Assembly (NCBI RefSeq): GCF_001194135.2
Contig: NC_068989.1
Span: 63,470,124 to 63,534,123 of the forward strand
DNA length: 64,000 bases
From: Octopus bimaculoides
Lineage: Eukaryota
Reading direction: 5' to 3'
The translations under genes and the position numbers were made by a program. The notes beneath the pieces were generated by a model that was given only the letters and a program-made list of their open reading frames with translations, ran no database searches and was not told where the DNA came from. Shown here piece by piece: positions 10,648 to 23,852 of the stretch; the first letter of the stretch is position 1; each line of letters begins with the position of its first letter.

Positions 10648-11614
10648 ATATGTCTTTTTTTTCCTTTTCCCTCTTCCTTTTGTTTATATTGTATGCTCTC
10701 CTTTTCCCCTCTGATGAAGATCTGTTGCCTTAATTCGAATGCCCTATGAAGATGAAGAATTTTATTCTTGCATTTATGTATAGACTGCATTTTGGCAATC
10801 CGATTAGTAACGGCCGTAAGATATGTTACGTCACCTATTTTGTTATGTTATGCTTTGTATTAAAAAATGAGCTATAAACGTGGTCCAATCGATGTGTTGG
10901 TTAATCTGTGGTTTTCTCCATTTTCTAATTATATATATATATAATATATATATATATATATAAAATATACAAGAATAAGGGCAGAGAATCGTCAATTAAT
11001 AATAGAATTAATAATTAACAACTCTGCCAAGTAGTTCAGTATGAAAAAAACCTTTATCGGTAAGACTATTTATCATTATAAATATACAGGGATTAGCAAT
11101 TGAGTTGCTTCTCCAACATACTGAAAATTTAGAAATAGCAGTCAAAGAACTACTGATTCCAAACTACAAATTTTCTCTAAAGTGGATGGCGATATTTATG
11201 GCACACATAGAACAAAAAACCGGAGGGAAAAGCNNNNNNNNNNNNNNNNNNNNNNNNNNNNNNNNNNNNNNNNNNNNNNNNNNNNNNNNNNNNNNNNNNN
11301 NNNNNNNNNNNNNNNNNNNNNNNNNNNNNNNNNNNNNNNNNNNNNNNNNNNNNNNNNNNNNNNNNNNNNNNNNNNNNNNNNNNNNNNNNNNNNNNNNNNN
11401 NNNNNNNNNNNNNNNNNNNNNNNNNNNNNNNNNNNNNNNNNNNNNNNNNNNNNNNNNNNNNNNNNNNNNNNNNNNNNNNNNNNNNNNNNNNNNNNNNNNN
11501 NNNNNNNNNNNNNNNNNNNNNNNNNNNNNNNNNNNNNNNNNNNNNNNNNNNNNNNNNNNNNNNNNNNNNNNNNNNNNNNNNNNNNNNNNNNNNNNNNNNN
11601 NNNNNNNNNNNNNN

Positions 11615-11646
<32 letters not shown>

Positions 11647-11829
11647 TGTATCCCATAAGTAATTTATGAGGACTTCTATATTTTCATTTTGTATACACTT
11701 TATCAGTATTTTAGAATGTCTAATAGCATCAAGTAATATTTGTATGTATTTGGGAGTATTTAAACTAACTAAATTTTATTTTGCAGGATAATCTAATTGA
11801 AATTTCTCTAATTTTAGCTCTTCAAACTT

Positions 11830-12910
11830 TGAAGTGTTTAAGGAGCATTTGAGGCACATAATACGTTATGAGTTTTAAAAAAGGAACTCTGCAGCTGAAG
11901 TGCCTCGAAATATTCACCCAGCTTATGGAGAAGAATGCCTGTACGAAACAACTTGCATAAGACGGTTTGTAAGATTCAGATGTGGAGATGTCAGCCTTGA
12001 AGATGATCAGGGCGTCTATTTGAGTTTGATGACAAACTCCTTTTGGCAGAACTTGAAAAAGATCATGCCGTTTCAGTTAGAAATTTGAAAAACAAGCTTC
12101 GTTCAAGCCATACAACTGTTCACCACCATCTTCAATATCCTAGAAAGGTCACAAAACTCGGAAAATGTGTTCCCCATGATCTTTCTGAAGGCAACCGTAA
12201 ATCCCGATTGCACATTTGCTCCTCTCTTCGTTCTCGTCAACATATCTCGCCCTTTTTAGACTGCCTGATGATAGGTAATGAAAAATGGGTCTTTTACGGA
12301 AATGTTAAGCGTGGGAATTATTAGCTTGGTAAAGCGTAAAAGGCCCAACTACAACCTAAAGTGGAACACGGAAAGAAGTTACTTCTCTCTGGTGGGATTG
12401 CAAAGGAGTCATCCACTTTGAGTTCTAACGAACTAATGCAACAATCAATGCTCAAATCTATTGTCAGAAATTAGTGCGTTTGATCGCTGCTTTGAAGAAA
12501 AAAAAAGCCTGCTTTAGTAAATGGAAAGTGATTGGTGTTAGATTGGGAAAATTCAAGACCCCAAACGAACGCGCCACGGAAGGTCGAGAAATTTGGCTGG
12601 GTGGAAATGCGCAAATCTACTGTCAGAAATTAGTGCGTTTGAACGCTGCATTGGCAGGGAGGAAATTACTCATCCGTCTTATTCTTCAGACCTTGCTCCT
12701 TCAGATTAGCATTTGTTCCGTAGTTTATAGAATTATTTGGATGGATTAATTCTCGAAATAACTGAGAAATTTGAAACTGACCTTTCAGAGGTCTTCTCTT
12801 CGAAACCGAACGAGTTTTGCACTAACAGAAATAAAAGGCTTACGTGTAGATGGAAAGACATCACAGATAATCTGAGAAACTATAAAACCAACAAACTATC
12901 GCAATGCATT
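11830..12910 (+). mobile_element. Decayed mariner transposase, nearly full length
   Basis: EHLRHIIRYEF, GDVSLED, CVPHDLSE (WVPHEL), IGNEKWVFY (TGDEKW), NAQIYCQKL and HPSYSSDLAPSD*HLFRSL (YSPDLAPSD); many stops and frameshifts. Confidence 0.92.
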
Positions 12911-15151
12911 CACGTGTAATTTTTCAGCAACTATCAAAGGAACTGAAATATATAATGAATATATAAACATCAATATAATAATATGTCATTAGTTCATACG
13001 TTGGCCATACAGATGTAACTGGAAACAAGAACAATCAGTTGCAAAATATAATTCATTTGAAAATCTATACCCACTGAAAAGGCCATTCATTCAATATGAC
13101 GAGTTATTTTGGGGTGAGGAAAGGGGTAAATACAGACAACAAACGTTGTGTGTATAGATTTTAATAATATGGCTTTTCCAAAATATATAGAAAATTGGTT
13201 TCAGTAGACGGTTCCAGATCGAAAATCTGGCAAAATGAATTTAAAGGTGATCTATATTTCTTTTCAGTCTACGCAGTTTTATATTATTATCTGTTGGTTA
13301 TTTTTTTTATTAGTATTTCATTATTTTAGATGTAAGTATTCTCTAAATTACTGAGTTGTTCATTAGTTACCTCCTGATGAAACATTGTGTGCTCTTATAT
13401 AGTAGTTATTTCTTGTGTTATTTTTGGCTAGGAGTTACCATGATTTAGTATATAAGAGCATTGTATTAATTTTTTAAAGCATACATTATTATACCCATAT
13501 CAAAGACTAAATCAAGTGTTCTGTGACCTGAATCTAGAAATTCACAACTATGTGATCTCGGACCCTCGTAGTATTTTAAGGTAAGGTTTCAATAGAAGAT
13601 AGGGTTTTGTTTCGTCATTTAGGGTAATGCGTTTTGCTTACTATATCAATATCTCTGTTAACTTGAATTGATGCTACAATAAAGTACAATACAGAGTTGC
13701 ATATCAATATGAATTAATCTAATAATGCTTTCTTAAACTTTCAAATTTCCCTAGTATTTATAGTCAATACAACCACCTTAAGTCTATTTCGTTCGTGGTT
13801 GCTACAGTGCTAAGTAATAAATTATTAATCCTTCAAGAATACTATATCTTGTATTTATACGTAAAAGATTTATGAAAATAAAGTTGATCTTCTTTTTCTC
13901 TTGAGTTATTTGTTAAACATCGTCAGCTTCAAATGATAATAAGAGAATAAAAATATAAATTTCTTTTATAGTTTATGTTCGCAATTAAATATATCTAAGT
14001 TAAGGTCGTTGAACTTTGTCTTCAGATTATCGCGTTAAGAATACACGAGTAACGAAGACAAAGTACCTATTGTGAAGAAACTGTGTTTCGCCACACAGTC
14101 AATTTGTAGTCGTTAGCTGTTAATTTGATGGCTTATTACTCTACGATAAAGAACACATGGCTCTGGGGGATAAAATGATGAACCCGGTCAGGAAACAAAT
14201 AAATAAAATTTTCACAACCCGAATCAAATTGGTTAATAAATTAGCCACTCCTGTATGTATGTACGTAACATTTGTAAGGAAACAAAATGATATGAACTTT
14301 TACTTCTCTGGCATCGTTTTTGGAAAGAAGATAATAAGATACTATTAAAGAAGAAAATCTTGCAAAACATGAGTTTTATGGTTAAGAACTTAATCTGATC
14401 AAATAACAGAAATTCCAGAAAGTTCCCTACGACAGACGAAATATTTAGCCAATAATTATTTGAAGATATCGTTCATGCAATAATGTTTAGTATAAAAAAA
14501 TAGATCATCCATCAGTCTTCGACATTACTAATGATGACTGACAAATACATTTATATTCTTCATAATGAATTATATATCGCTTACATTTGATTCCTTGTAT
14601 AGAAAGTATTCCAATCGTTTTATCAAACCTGTTCTAGGATGCTGTCTAAGGATTTGTTCACAGACCTAATTATACGGTGCTTTCTGGTTTTGTTTTTGTT
14701 GTTAGCTCTTTTGCTATCACAATATTCTGGTGTGAGCTACAACAACGATGGATAAGTGTTTTTCACTAAACAATGTCTATGCAGTTGAAACAGGATTAGG
14801 AACATGGATTCAAGAGATAAATCTGAAAATATGACATACATGTCTTCTCTAAAAATCCTACTAATGCCAATCAAATATTTCTCTTATCATCAACATTCAA
14901 CATTTAAAAGAGCCTAACACTATTTCGCGCTGTCGACAAATGCCAGAACATTTTTCATCAAGCCCAACGAAAAATATTAAATATGCCTTGAATTAACAGC
15001 GAAATGTTAAAATGTGTTCAATAAAATATGTTGAATAAAACGATTATTTAGCATTTCAAATTATTATATAGTTATTTCAGTGACTTGAGAGTGGCGACAT
15101 AGTGTTGGTTTATTCTCTACTGAAAACACACACATATACACACAAACACAC

Positions 15152-15189
<38 letters not shown>

Positions 15190-15513
15190 NNNNNNNNNNN
15201 NNNNNNNNNNNNNNNNNNNNNNNNNNNNNNNNNNNNNNNNNNNNNNNNNNNNNNNNNNNNNNNNNNNNNNNNNNNNNNNNNNNNNNNNNNNNNNNNNNNN
15301 NNNNNNNNNNNNNNNNNNNNNNNNNNNNNNNNNNNNNNNNNNNNNNNNNNNNNNNNNNNNNNNNNNNNNNNATATATATATATATATACATACACTTACT
15401 TGGATATGGATGCGTGGCGCACTATGACATAATAATATAGATAATATATAAATATATGCATATATACTTACATATATGTACATACCTACATATATATGTA
15501 TATATACATTCAT

Positions 15514-15985
15514 ATATGGGTACAGGACAAAAGGCTACGTGAACAAATGAGAAACGGGAACATAAAAACAAAAAAAAATACAAAACGAACTTCTTTTCGA
15601 ACAACGAAAAAGCAAATAGAGAAACGAGACTGGCAACACAACGAACATTACCTTCATCAGTTGTCCCCAGTTTTAACTATTCCGCGTTTCGAAGTTAGGG
15701 AAAAGACGCGACTTCGTTAAAACAGTCCTTCCCGCAAAGCAAAGTAAGTAAAATTAGGAATTTTTTGCGGAGAGTTAAAGTGGTAACAAAAACAGGACAG
15801 TAAGAACAAAACAGTAAACACAAACGGTGAGGTCTGTTAAGCAAAGACGATGTGAATTGGTGAACGCTGGAAAAACGAGCTTTGAGAAGAGATAAGTAAA
15901 AGCACGTCTTGTCTTTAGGAAGTGGAAGAAAGAAAGATAGCCGTTGGTCACGTGTGAGCAACGAAAGAGTCAAGGAGCAGGAGTG
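15514..15985 (-). mobile_element. ~470-bp non-coding interspersed repeat, copy 2
   Basis: Reverse-complement homolog of 9790-10258 (compare ORF-track peptides 9818..10096 and 15695..16087). Confidence 0.85.
15649..15710 (-). ncRNA. Candidate non-circularly permuted hammerhead ribozyme, copy 2
   Basis: Minus strand: CGCGTC-TTTTCCC-TAACT-TC-GAAA-CGCG-linker-GGGACAA-CTGATGA-AGGTA. Stem III 5/5, stem I 6/7, stem II 4/5. Confidence 0.55.
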
Positions 15986-16716
15986 AGAGAGAGAGAGGGA
16001 ACTATGAAGGGGAGAGGAGTAGAGTAAGGAAAGGGTGGGAGAGAAAAACAGAAAGGAAGATGAAGAAGAGAGAAATCGATGCTGCAAAATTTTTGCTCAA
16101 TCGGACAACTGCATTGTGACCCTCATCGATTATGAAATTTTGAACTTTTCGTTCGGAAAGTTATTTTGTCAGATAAAAAATTTTAATCTCTTTTATAATT
16201 TTCTCTTAAAGTAAAAACTTGCTCAGATTTATTCTTGGTAGAAGAATGTATATAATGGGGAAGGCAACTTGCAAAGTTGGGGATAGAGCGCAAGTATAGG
16301 GCGAACACTTATTTTTCACCGTCATCTCAACACTACCATTAGGGTATGAGTTGCTTTCATCCGTTGAAAGAATTGTACTGCACCTAATGGTATTGTTCAG
16401 AAATAAAATATTGAGAAATATATGATAGTGATAAACAGTGAACTAATGTGTCTTGTCCGCGTTTGTAAATATAAGTTAATTTGTTTGTAATGACTTGTAA
16501 GCATTCATTCATTTTATGGTGGCACGTTATGATACAGAATTTCTCCTGTTGTTTTGCTAACCCTGACAAAGTTGTAATACCATGTTTATGACCTCTCCGA
16601 TTTTACATTGTTATGTGCTTTGTATACTTAGTATCAATGCCTTAACAAAATTTAGAGAAGAGAGGCACCTAGAAATACACACAAATTTAACCTAAACGAC
16701 TGTCAAGAATTAGAGT

Positions 16717-17125
16717 TGCACTGGGACTGAATCAGTGTTGCACTGAGCTGGAAAGCTGCTCCCAGCACTCACAGGCGTTGAGAAGGCAATAATAGTAACG
16801 TTTCAAAGCAAGGGGAAATTATTGGGAGTCCCTGAAATTCCAACATCTTCAGGAGAGCGGCAAGCCATGGCTGTTTACCAAGCAGCGGAGAAGTGGGGTA
16901 TAACCCACAAAATTCAGGCACTTTGCTGTGATATAACAACAAGCAACACAAGTCGAGTGAATGGTGACAGTACAATCTACAAAAGTTGTTTAATCTCGAT
17001 CTGTTGTACTTCCTTTCCCGTCATCACATTTAGTTAGTTTTAAGAGCTGTTTTGACTCACTGATGGGTGCAAATTCTCGTCCAGACATGGCGCTTTTAAA
17101 AAGATTTAGAGAAACCTGGAAGAAA
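16717..17125 (+). mobile_element. Decayed DDE transposase fragment, hAT-like (hATw/hATm-type motifs)
   Basis: LHWD / LH*AGKLLPALTG...KLLGVPEIP..SGERQA.AV....KWG...IQALCCDITTSNT..NG, then LLYFLSRHHI*LVL (CRHH-like) and KRFRETW. Subfamily uncertain. Confidence 0.7.
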
Positions 17126-18790
17126 CTCAACAATATTGTTGTAAATAAAAATGCGTTTCTCTTATAGAAGTTGTGTGCTTTATTAAGAAAACCTAATATT
17201 TCTTAAGTGTTTCATCTTATTTCAGGAAGGTTTCAAATTAGCTTTTGGTAAATGTGATTCAGAACGTTTGTAAACATCTGTTGGTTTTGCCTGGATGTGT
17301 CCACATAAATTTCTCTAAGCAGAAAAAAAGAAAATGGTCGAGAAAAGGAACAGTATACCGCTTTTGAACAGAATTAATCGTTGCGTATACTATGTTCCAA
17401 CTTCAAGGCGTTTGAGGGTCACCTGGCTATTATCCGATTAAGCTGAATTTTTGCACGCCCTGTTGTTTTGTTTATTGAAACAGGATTAGGGGTTGGGAAT
17501 AGCAAAATTGTAACTCTCGAAAAATTACCTATTTTTAAAGGCCACTCCAATGTATGTGTATATATATGTATATATATATATATATATCGCTTTGATAAAT
17601 ATAATTCAAAAGAGTAAATTATTTTTAGATGTTATGAAGAAATAACTCGTGAGTTTGTTGAGTGAGATGCAGCAAAACTTTAGACCTGGAACTCTATACA
17701 TTCTACAGATTACAAGTGACAGGAAGGGAATTGTAGATACTTTAAATATAAAAACGCGTCTCACTTATTGTTAATTATAGAAATTTGCTGACAAACCTAA
17801 CCGGATAACGAAAGATATATGCGGAAGTAATTTGTTTATATGCACAGAGATACCTCTACATGTGTGCGTGGGCTGCACGATGGTCTAAGTATGTGTGTGT
17901 GTGTGTGTGTGTGTGCATAATAATCAAAAGAACTGTGTAAGTGTTTGCTTTATCAATGATATTTAGAAACATATAAGTAATTCAATAATAATTGTTGTTA
18001 CTTTAAAAAAAGAAACAAGATAAAAGCCAACTGCACTCCCCAGTTACAAAAACCTGGAGCCCAGGAGGTGCATAAAGTGAAAAGAATCATTGTGACGTCA
18101 GAAACGCAATGTTATAGAAGTTACCGTTCCAAATACAGGATGTCGAACTAACGAGTGTGTGATGAGAAAGTTGATAGGGAGATGGCAACATGTGATATTC
18201 TTCAATCTTTAGCTAAATGTCGGAAAGTGGAGATGTTTTGTCATTTACAGGATACTGTGAATCCTAAACATGCAGACAGTCTATAAAATTTCCTGCGGAA
18301 ACTACATAGGATGTCGTTGAACAATATTATTATATAGAAGACTGAAATAGATGACCGGAAATATAGAAATGGATTTGTCTTTCATTCTCTATACCCTCGT
18401 CATCTCCACATTGTGAGTGTTAGTTTATTAAATGGAATAAATATGTATAGTTAATTTGTATGATTTATATACGCGTGTGCATGTGTGCAAATATAGATAT
18501 ACATATACACACATTTAAATATTTCTAACATATTCCTCTAAATCAATTCACGTGTACATGTGTGTGTGTGCCTCTGTGTGTGTGTATGTATGTATGTATG
18601 TATGTATGTATGTATGTATGAATGTATGTATGTATGTATGCGTATATGATTATAGAGATTGTATACATTTACGTATCTTCTATATGAAGGTACGTACGTA
18701 TATATGTAGGTAAGTATATGTGTACTTATATTTTTGCATATATATATATATATATATATATATACATGTGTTTGTGTAAATATAAATATA

Positions 18791-18828
<38 letters not shown>

Positions 18829-19984
18829 TGTATGTATGATTGTAGATACACATTTATGTATGTATGAGTAGATGTCAATGTTAATAAGCATTTATATATG
18901 GCTGACATTTTACTGTGTAAACAGGGTCATGAATATTCATACAGAACATACACACACATCTGCATTCACACACACATTAACACACATATATATATATATG
19001 CGTGTGCGTGTATATGTATGTGAGTGTATGTATACATCCGCATATATATGTACTTAAGTATATACACGCGCATACACACACTGGACATAGATATATTTTA
19101 AAATGCGTATGTCACTTGTCAGTGTTTGTGTACAGCATTACACTTAATCAAGAATATTGACAGCCCTGGAATTAATTTCTTTATCCAAGCATGATGCAAC
19201 GATGGAAAGTAAAGCATTTACCGAACGACTTACTTTCTGGTAAACCATACCTAATAATCTAACGCCAATATCTTCTCTCTAAATCACAGGCATAATTCAG
19301 TGAACTACGCTTGACTGATTACTGTATGTTCCAGTCAAATAAATGAGGCGTTACGGTAACCAAAAGCTTTGTTCTGTTTCAGCACCATTGTTTTGCATCT
19401 TGTAAGAATTAATGCTGAATATTTATTTATTCTCACCAATACATAGCGTTTATGTTAGTATAGCCGCATTGTATCAAAAGACCGGTCCAAAAACTCCAAA
19501 CTACAAATACATAGAAACCACGATGTGTGGTTTGACCTTAATCTGCTATAAAATGGGATAAAACAATCAACAGTTTGTTTTTGTTTTTTTGTATTTTTCA
19601 TAAGAGATGAGAATTTTTCAATGTCTGTGTGAGTGAAATTATCTTATTATTTTTACTGGTTTATTTGGTCTTCGTCTTCGCTAATCGTGCCTTGCGGACA
19701 TTTATTGTGGTTTTGGAGTCAGGATTTGACTGCTATTTTTTTCAGCGTGGTGGTATCTCTTGATACCCTGTATTATAATTTTAAATAATTATTACCTTTG
19801 ATGGTTTTTATTCCCATGCTGACCACTTGATAAGATCAATATTTTAAATACCAATCTTATCCTTATTTATATAAATATATATATATATATATATAGACAG
19901 ACAGAGACAGAGAGAGAAAACAGTTATTTTATTGCTCATTAGTAGAAATATAGGCAAAATAGAAGTTGAAACTGCACTGAGAAT

Positions 19985-20384
19985 ACTCTCTACCTACTCT
20001 TTACTCTTTTACTTGTTTCAGTCATTTGACTGTGGCCATGCTGGAGCACCAACTTTAGTCGAGCAAATCGATCCCAGGACTTATTCTTCGGATGCCTAGA
20101 ACTTATTCTATCAGTCTCTTTTGCCGAACCGCTAAGTTACGGGGACGTAAACACACCAGCATCGGTTGTCAACCAATGTTGGTGGGGACAAACACAGAGA
20201 CACACATACAGACATATATACATATTCGACGGGCTTCTTTCAGTTTCCGTCTACCAAATCCACTCACAAAGCTTTGGTCGGCTCGAGGCTATAGTAGAAG
20301 ACACTTGCCCAAGGTGCCACGCAGTAGGAATGAACCCGGAACCATGTGCTTGGTAGGCAAGCTACTTACCACACAGCCACTCCT
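19985..20384 (-). mobile_element. tRNA-derived SINE, family B (GGAGTGGCTGTGTGGTAAG head), full length
   Basis: Homologous to 31906-32330, 48755-49190 and 63690-64000. Confidence 0.92.
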
Positions 20385-20388
20385 TATA

Positions 20389-21446
20389 TATTATATTTAA
20401 CGATTTAATTGGTTTCACAGTTTCAACTGATTTTCAAAAATTTGAAATGGAGCGATGTAGCTTATGTCGCAGCTATATTGCTTCTGACTAGTGTTTGAAG
20501 CTTACCCCATTTTCATAGGGCGTGCATGGCTCAAATCAGTATATGTTGTGAATAGAATTTGATTGGTTGAGGGTAGTGAAATGATTGGTCAGTGAAATTT
20601 TTGTAGGTTCCTCGCTACGTCCGTGAGTTAGTATCAAGTGAAAATATTTAGCGTCGTAGGTTAAGGCTGAAACGGCTGACTGAACAAGTCTAGTGGTAAT
20701 ACTAAACAATCAATGCTCTGAATGTTTTCTGTCAAGTGTTTGTAGAGAATGAACACGTGATTAAATTTAGATCCGTCTGTACGTTTCCCGCTACGTCCGT
20801 GGGTTTGTGTCCCGTGGCAGTATATTTTGCGCCCAAAATGAAGACCGACACGGTTGATCGAACATCTTTAGTTACAGTCAAGACACTCTAAATTATATCT
20901 GTCTGGTGGGAGAGTAGACAAAGCCGTTTGTATGTAGTCCAGTGTCTAAAGTTTAAATTCGTAGTTCTGATGGTTTCCCAGTATGGGTTTGTGTGTGAAT
21001 AGTTATTTGTGTATATACTTTGCTAAAGTGTGTTAAGTCTGGGTTTGAACTTTTGTTTGAAAGTATTCTCTTTGTTCATCAGTGCTTCGTCTGTGGTATT
21101 CCCTTTAACAAAGTACATACACAAATATCTATTCACACACAAAACTCATTGTACCACCTAACATGAGAAACCTACATAGCTACAAACTAAACATTAGCTA
21201 ATGGACTACATACAAACAACTCCTGTCTACTCTCCCACCAGACAGACCAGTCATATGACTATCCTCTACCAATCAAACCGTATTCAAAACATATACAAAT
21301 TTGAGACATGAACTTCCTATAGAAATAGGGCAAGCTTGAAACACTAGTCAGAAGCTAAACAGCTGCGACATAAGCCATGTCTTTCTATTTCAAATCTTTG
21401 AAAATCAGTGTAAGCCGTGAGACCGATTAAATCTTTAAATATAATA
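20389..21446 (-). mobile_element. 5'-truncated Penelope-like element forming a ~1-kb fold-back
   Basis: Inverted arms 20389-20580 with 21246-21446 and 20898-21028 with 21103-21246. The central loop (minus 21100-21023) encodes NTTDEALMNKENTFKQKFKPRLNTL*, matching the KE..FI.KFKP.LN C-terminus of PLE GIY-YIG ORFs. Confidence 0.75.
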
Positions 21447-22784
21447 ATAAAAAATAATTATCTATTCTCAGTGCATTTTCAATTTCTATTTCTCCCTATC
21501 TNNNNNNNNNNNNNNNNNNNNNNNNNNNNNNNNNNNNNNNNNNNNNNNNNNNNNNNNNNNNNNNNNNNNNNNNNNNNNNNNNNNNNNNNNNNNNNNNNNN
21601 NNNNNNNNNNNNNNNNNNNNNNNNNNNNNNNNNNNNNNNNNNNNNNNNNNNNNNNNNNNNNNNNNNNNNNNNNNNNNNNNNNNNNNNNNNNNNNNNNNNN
21701 NNNNNNNNNNNNNNNNNNNNNNNNNNNNNNNNNNNNNNNNNNNNNNNNNNNNNNNNNNNNNNNNNNNNNNNNNNNNNNNNNNNNNNNNNNNNNNNNNNNN
21801 NNNNNNNNNNNNNNNNNNNNNNNNNNNNNNNNNNNNNNNNNNNNNNNNNNNNNNNNNNNATATATATATATATATATATACATATATAGCATAAATGTGT
21901 GGTTGATTTCTAAGTTCTAATCGAACGTTTTACCTCCTCAGCTGATAGCCGTCCGATCCTACTATTACTACTATTACACATAATTTTATATCTAAAACTT
22001 CCGTGAAACTTCTATAATGAATCTTCTCCAATATCTCAAACTTGATGTAAAGGTTTATCATACTGAACACATTTGCGTGCTTTCAATTAATCTTCTAACC
22101 CTCGTTTAATTATATGGACAATAAACTTCATCCACAAAACTATATTAAACCCAAGTTATGAAACTGACCACTAATAGTATGAAAAGCAACTTATTTAGAA
22201 ATCAATAAGTTAATTTTGATCCCAGACATTTATACCACATAACTGTCATTCTCCTGGAGTGCTGATATTAAAAAAATGATGAAAACCCACGTTGGATATA
22301 ATTTCCGGAGAGCACACTGAACTTACTCAACTATATAGACACCATTAAAAGTTGCCTGCTTTGGCCCAGTATAGCCTTAGAGCACATAAATGATATTGAA
22401 ATGATAAAGTTGGTGAACATATTAATTTATGACAATAATTAATAAGCTACCTTTGTATACTAAAATAAAATCTAAATTAAAGCTGACAGTAAAAATATAC
22501 GCAACTAACATGTTATACCATTTCTGGGTTTTGTCAAAGAGAGAACACAGTTTAAAAATAAGATTTTCGTTCTTGCTGTGGAAGAAACATTAACGATATG
22601 GACACAATAGCCAACTTTGTATAGTTTATATCATAATAAAATAGCTTCTTTTAGCACAGTTTTATAAGACCAGGAGACGCTAAGTGAACTAGGAGTTTTA
22701 ACATTGCCATAGCGAAGATTCGGCGATGCTATAACTTTTCTCCAGCTTCTAAACATACACACCTACTTTATATANNNNNNNNNN

Positions 22785-22828
<44 letters not shown>

Positions 22829-22908
22829 AGCAGAAACATCCATCATTGACTGGATTGAAAAACGCTACCAAAGTTATACTATGAATATTGAAACTTATTC
22901 ACTTAGAT

Positions 22909-23018
22909 ATGGCTGTTAACTGTCATGTAGATGATAGTGCTGTATCTTTCCGGCCAACATTAAGAAATGACTGTCAACTTTCATGTGGACGATAGAGCTG
23001 TCTCCTTCCGGCCAATAT
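22909..23018. repeat. Two-copy tandem duplication, 58-bp period
   Basis: ATGGCTGTTAACTGTCATGTAGATGATAGTGCTGTATCTTTCCGGCCAACAT (22909-22960) versus ATGACTGTCAACTTTCATGTGGACGATAGAGCTGTCTCCTTCCGGCCAATAT (22967-23018). Confidence 0.85.
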
Positions 23019-23797
23019 GATCATGGATGCATATAAACTTCTGATCTATGATCTCCAGTGTTTCAGTCTATAAATGAAGCAAACATGTCTAATACAAGAT
23101 AGCTAAATATAAGTTTGGGGAAAACTAAAAACGTCCTATAATTTATTGAATTTAAGTATTACAAGAAACAAAAATACAAATAGGTTTTCTTAGACGAATA
23201 TAGAATAACAATGAGAATATTAATACAAAGTTATTATTCATCCAGCAAATTTTAGTCTGTTGATCCCATGCTAAAAACTTCCTAATAAACAATATTTATC
23301 AGTAGGGTCAAAGCATGTCATTGCTTTGGGGTAGATAGAATAAGTAAATATTAAACTCTAAGATCGTCGATGTAATATATTCACCAACTACTCAAATATA
23401 TGGGGCTTGTCCCAAAATTGGAAACCGTTATATATGTTAATCATCATAATACGAACACAATTCTCACCGTTGTTTTCTCTCTATTTTTCTGATCTCATCT
23501 CTCTCTGTCGAAGAGTTTGGGCACAAATAGTCAAAGACTTCTCCATTCTTCCACAGCATCAAACTAATAGACCTACATGTTCTTCCCTCACACGTCTTTG
23601 TCTTTTGTATTCTGTACATTTAATCAATAGGTGTATATATATATATATATATATATATAGGTGAGAAAGTTGGTATGTGAAAGCACGTGGTTGGATGTAT
23701 AAAAGATAATAAGAGTGAAAAAACTACAGAAGGATTGTGTTACTTGGTTAAAGTATATATTCAAATTATGTCAGAAAAATGTTATACAATTTTTTGG

Positions 23798-23852
23798 GTA
23801 TATAAACATTGTATTTGGAGAAATTATTTCTCCAAATACAATGTTTATATAC
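23798..23852. repeat. Perfect AT-rich palindrome (27-bp arms, 1-nt centre) at a gap edge
   Basis: GTATATAAACATTGTATTTGGAGAAAT-T-ATTTCTCCAAATACAATGTTTATATAC. Confidence 0.95.

Noticed and set aside
10705-10835. CTGATGAAGA at 10711 and a further degenerate motif near 10800-10835
   Set aside because: No GAAA strand or pairing stems can be drawn.
19383-19401. Possible 19-nt micro-exon (TTTCAG...GTAAGA)
   Set aside because: Such AG/GT pairs are expected by chance in 64 kb; no supporting neighbours.
23500-23537. Hammerhead-like CTGTCGA-A-GAGT..GCAC-AAATAGTC-AAAGA
   Set aside because: Probably a PLE-terminal relic, but too many core and stem mismatches to support from this copy alone.
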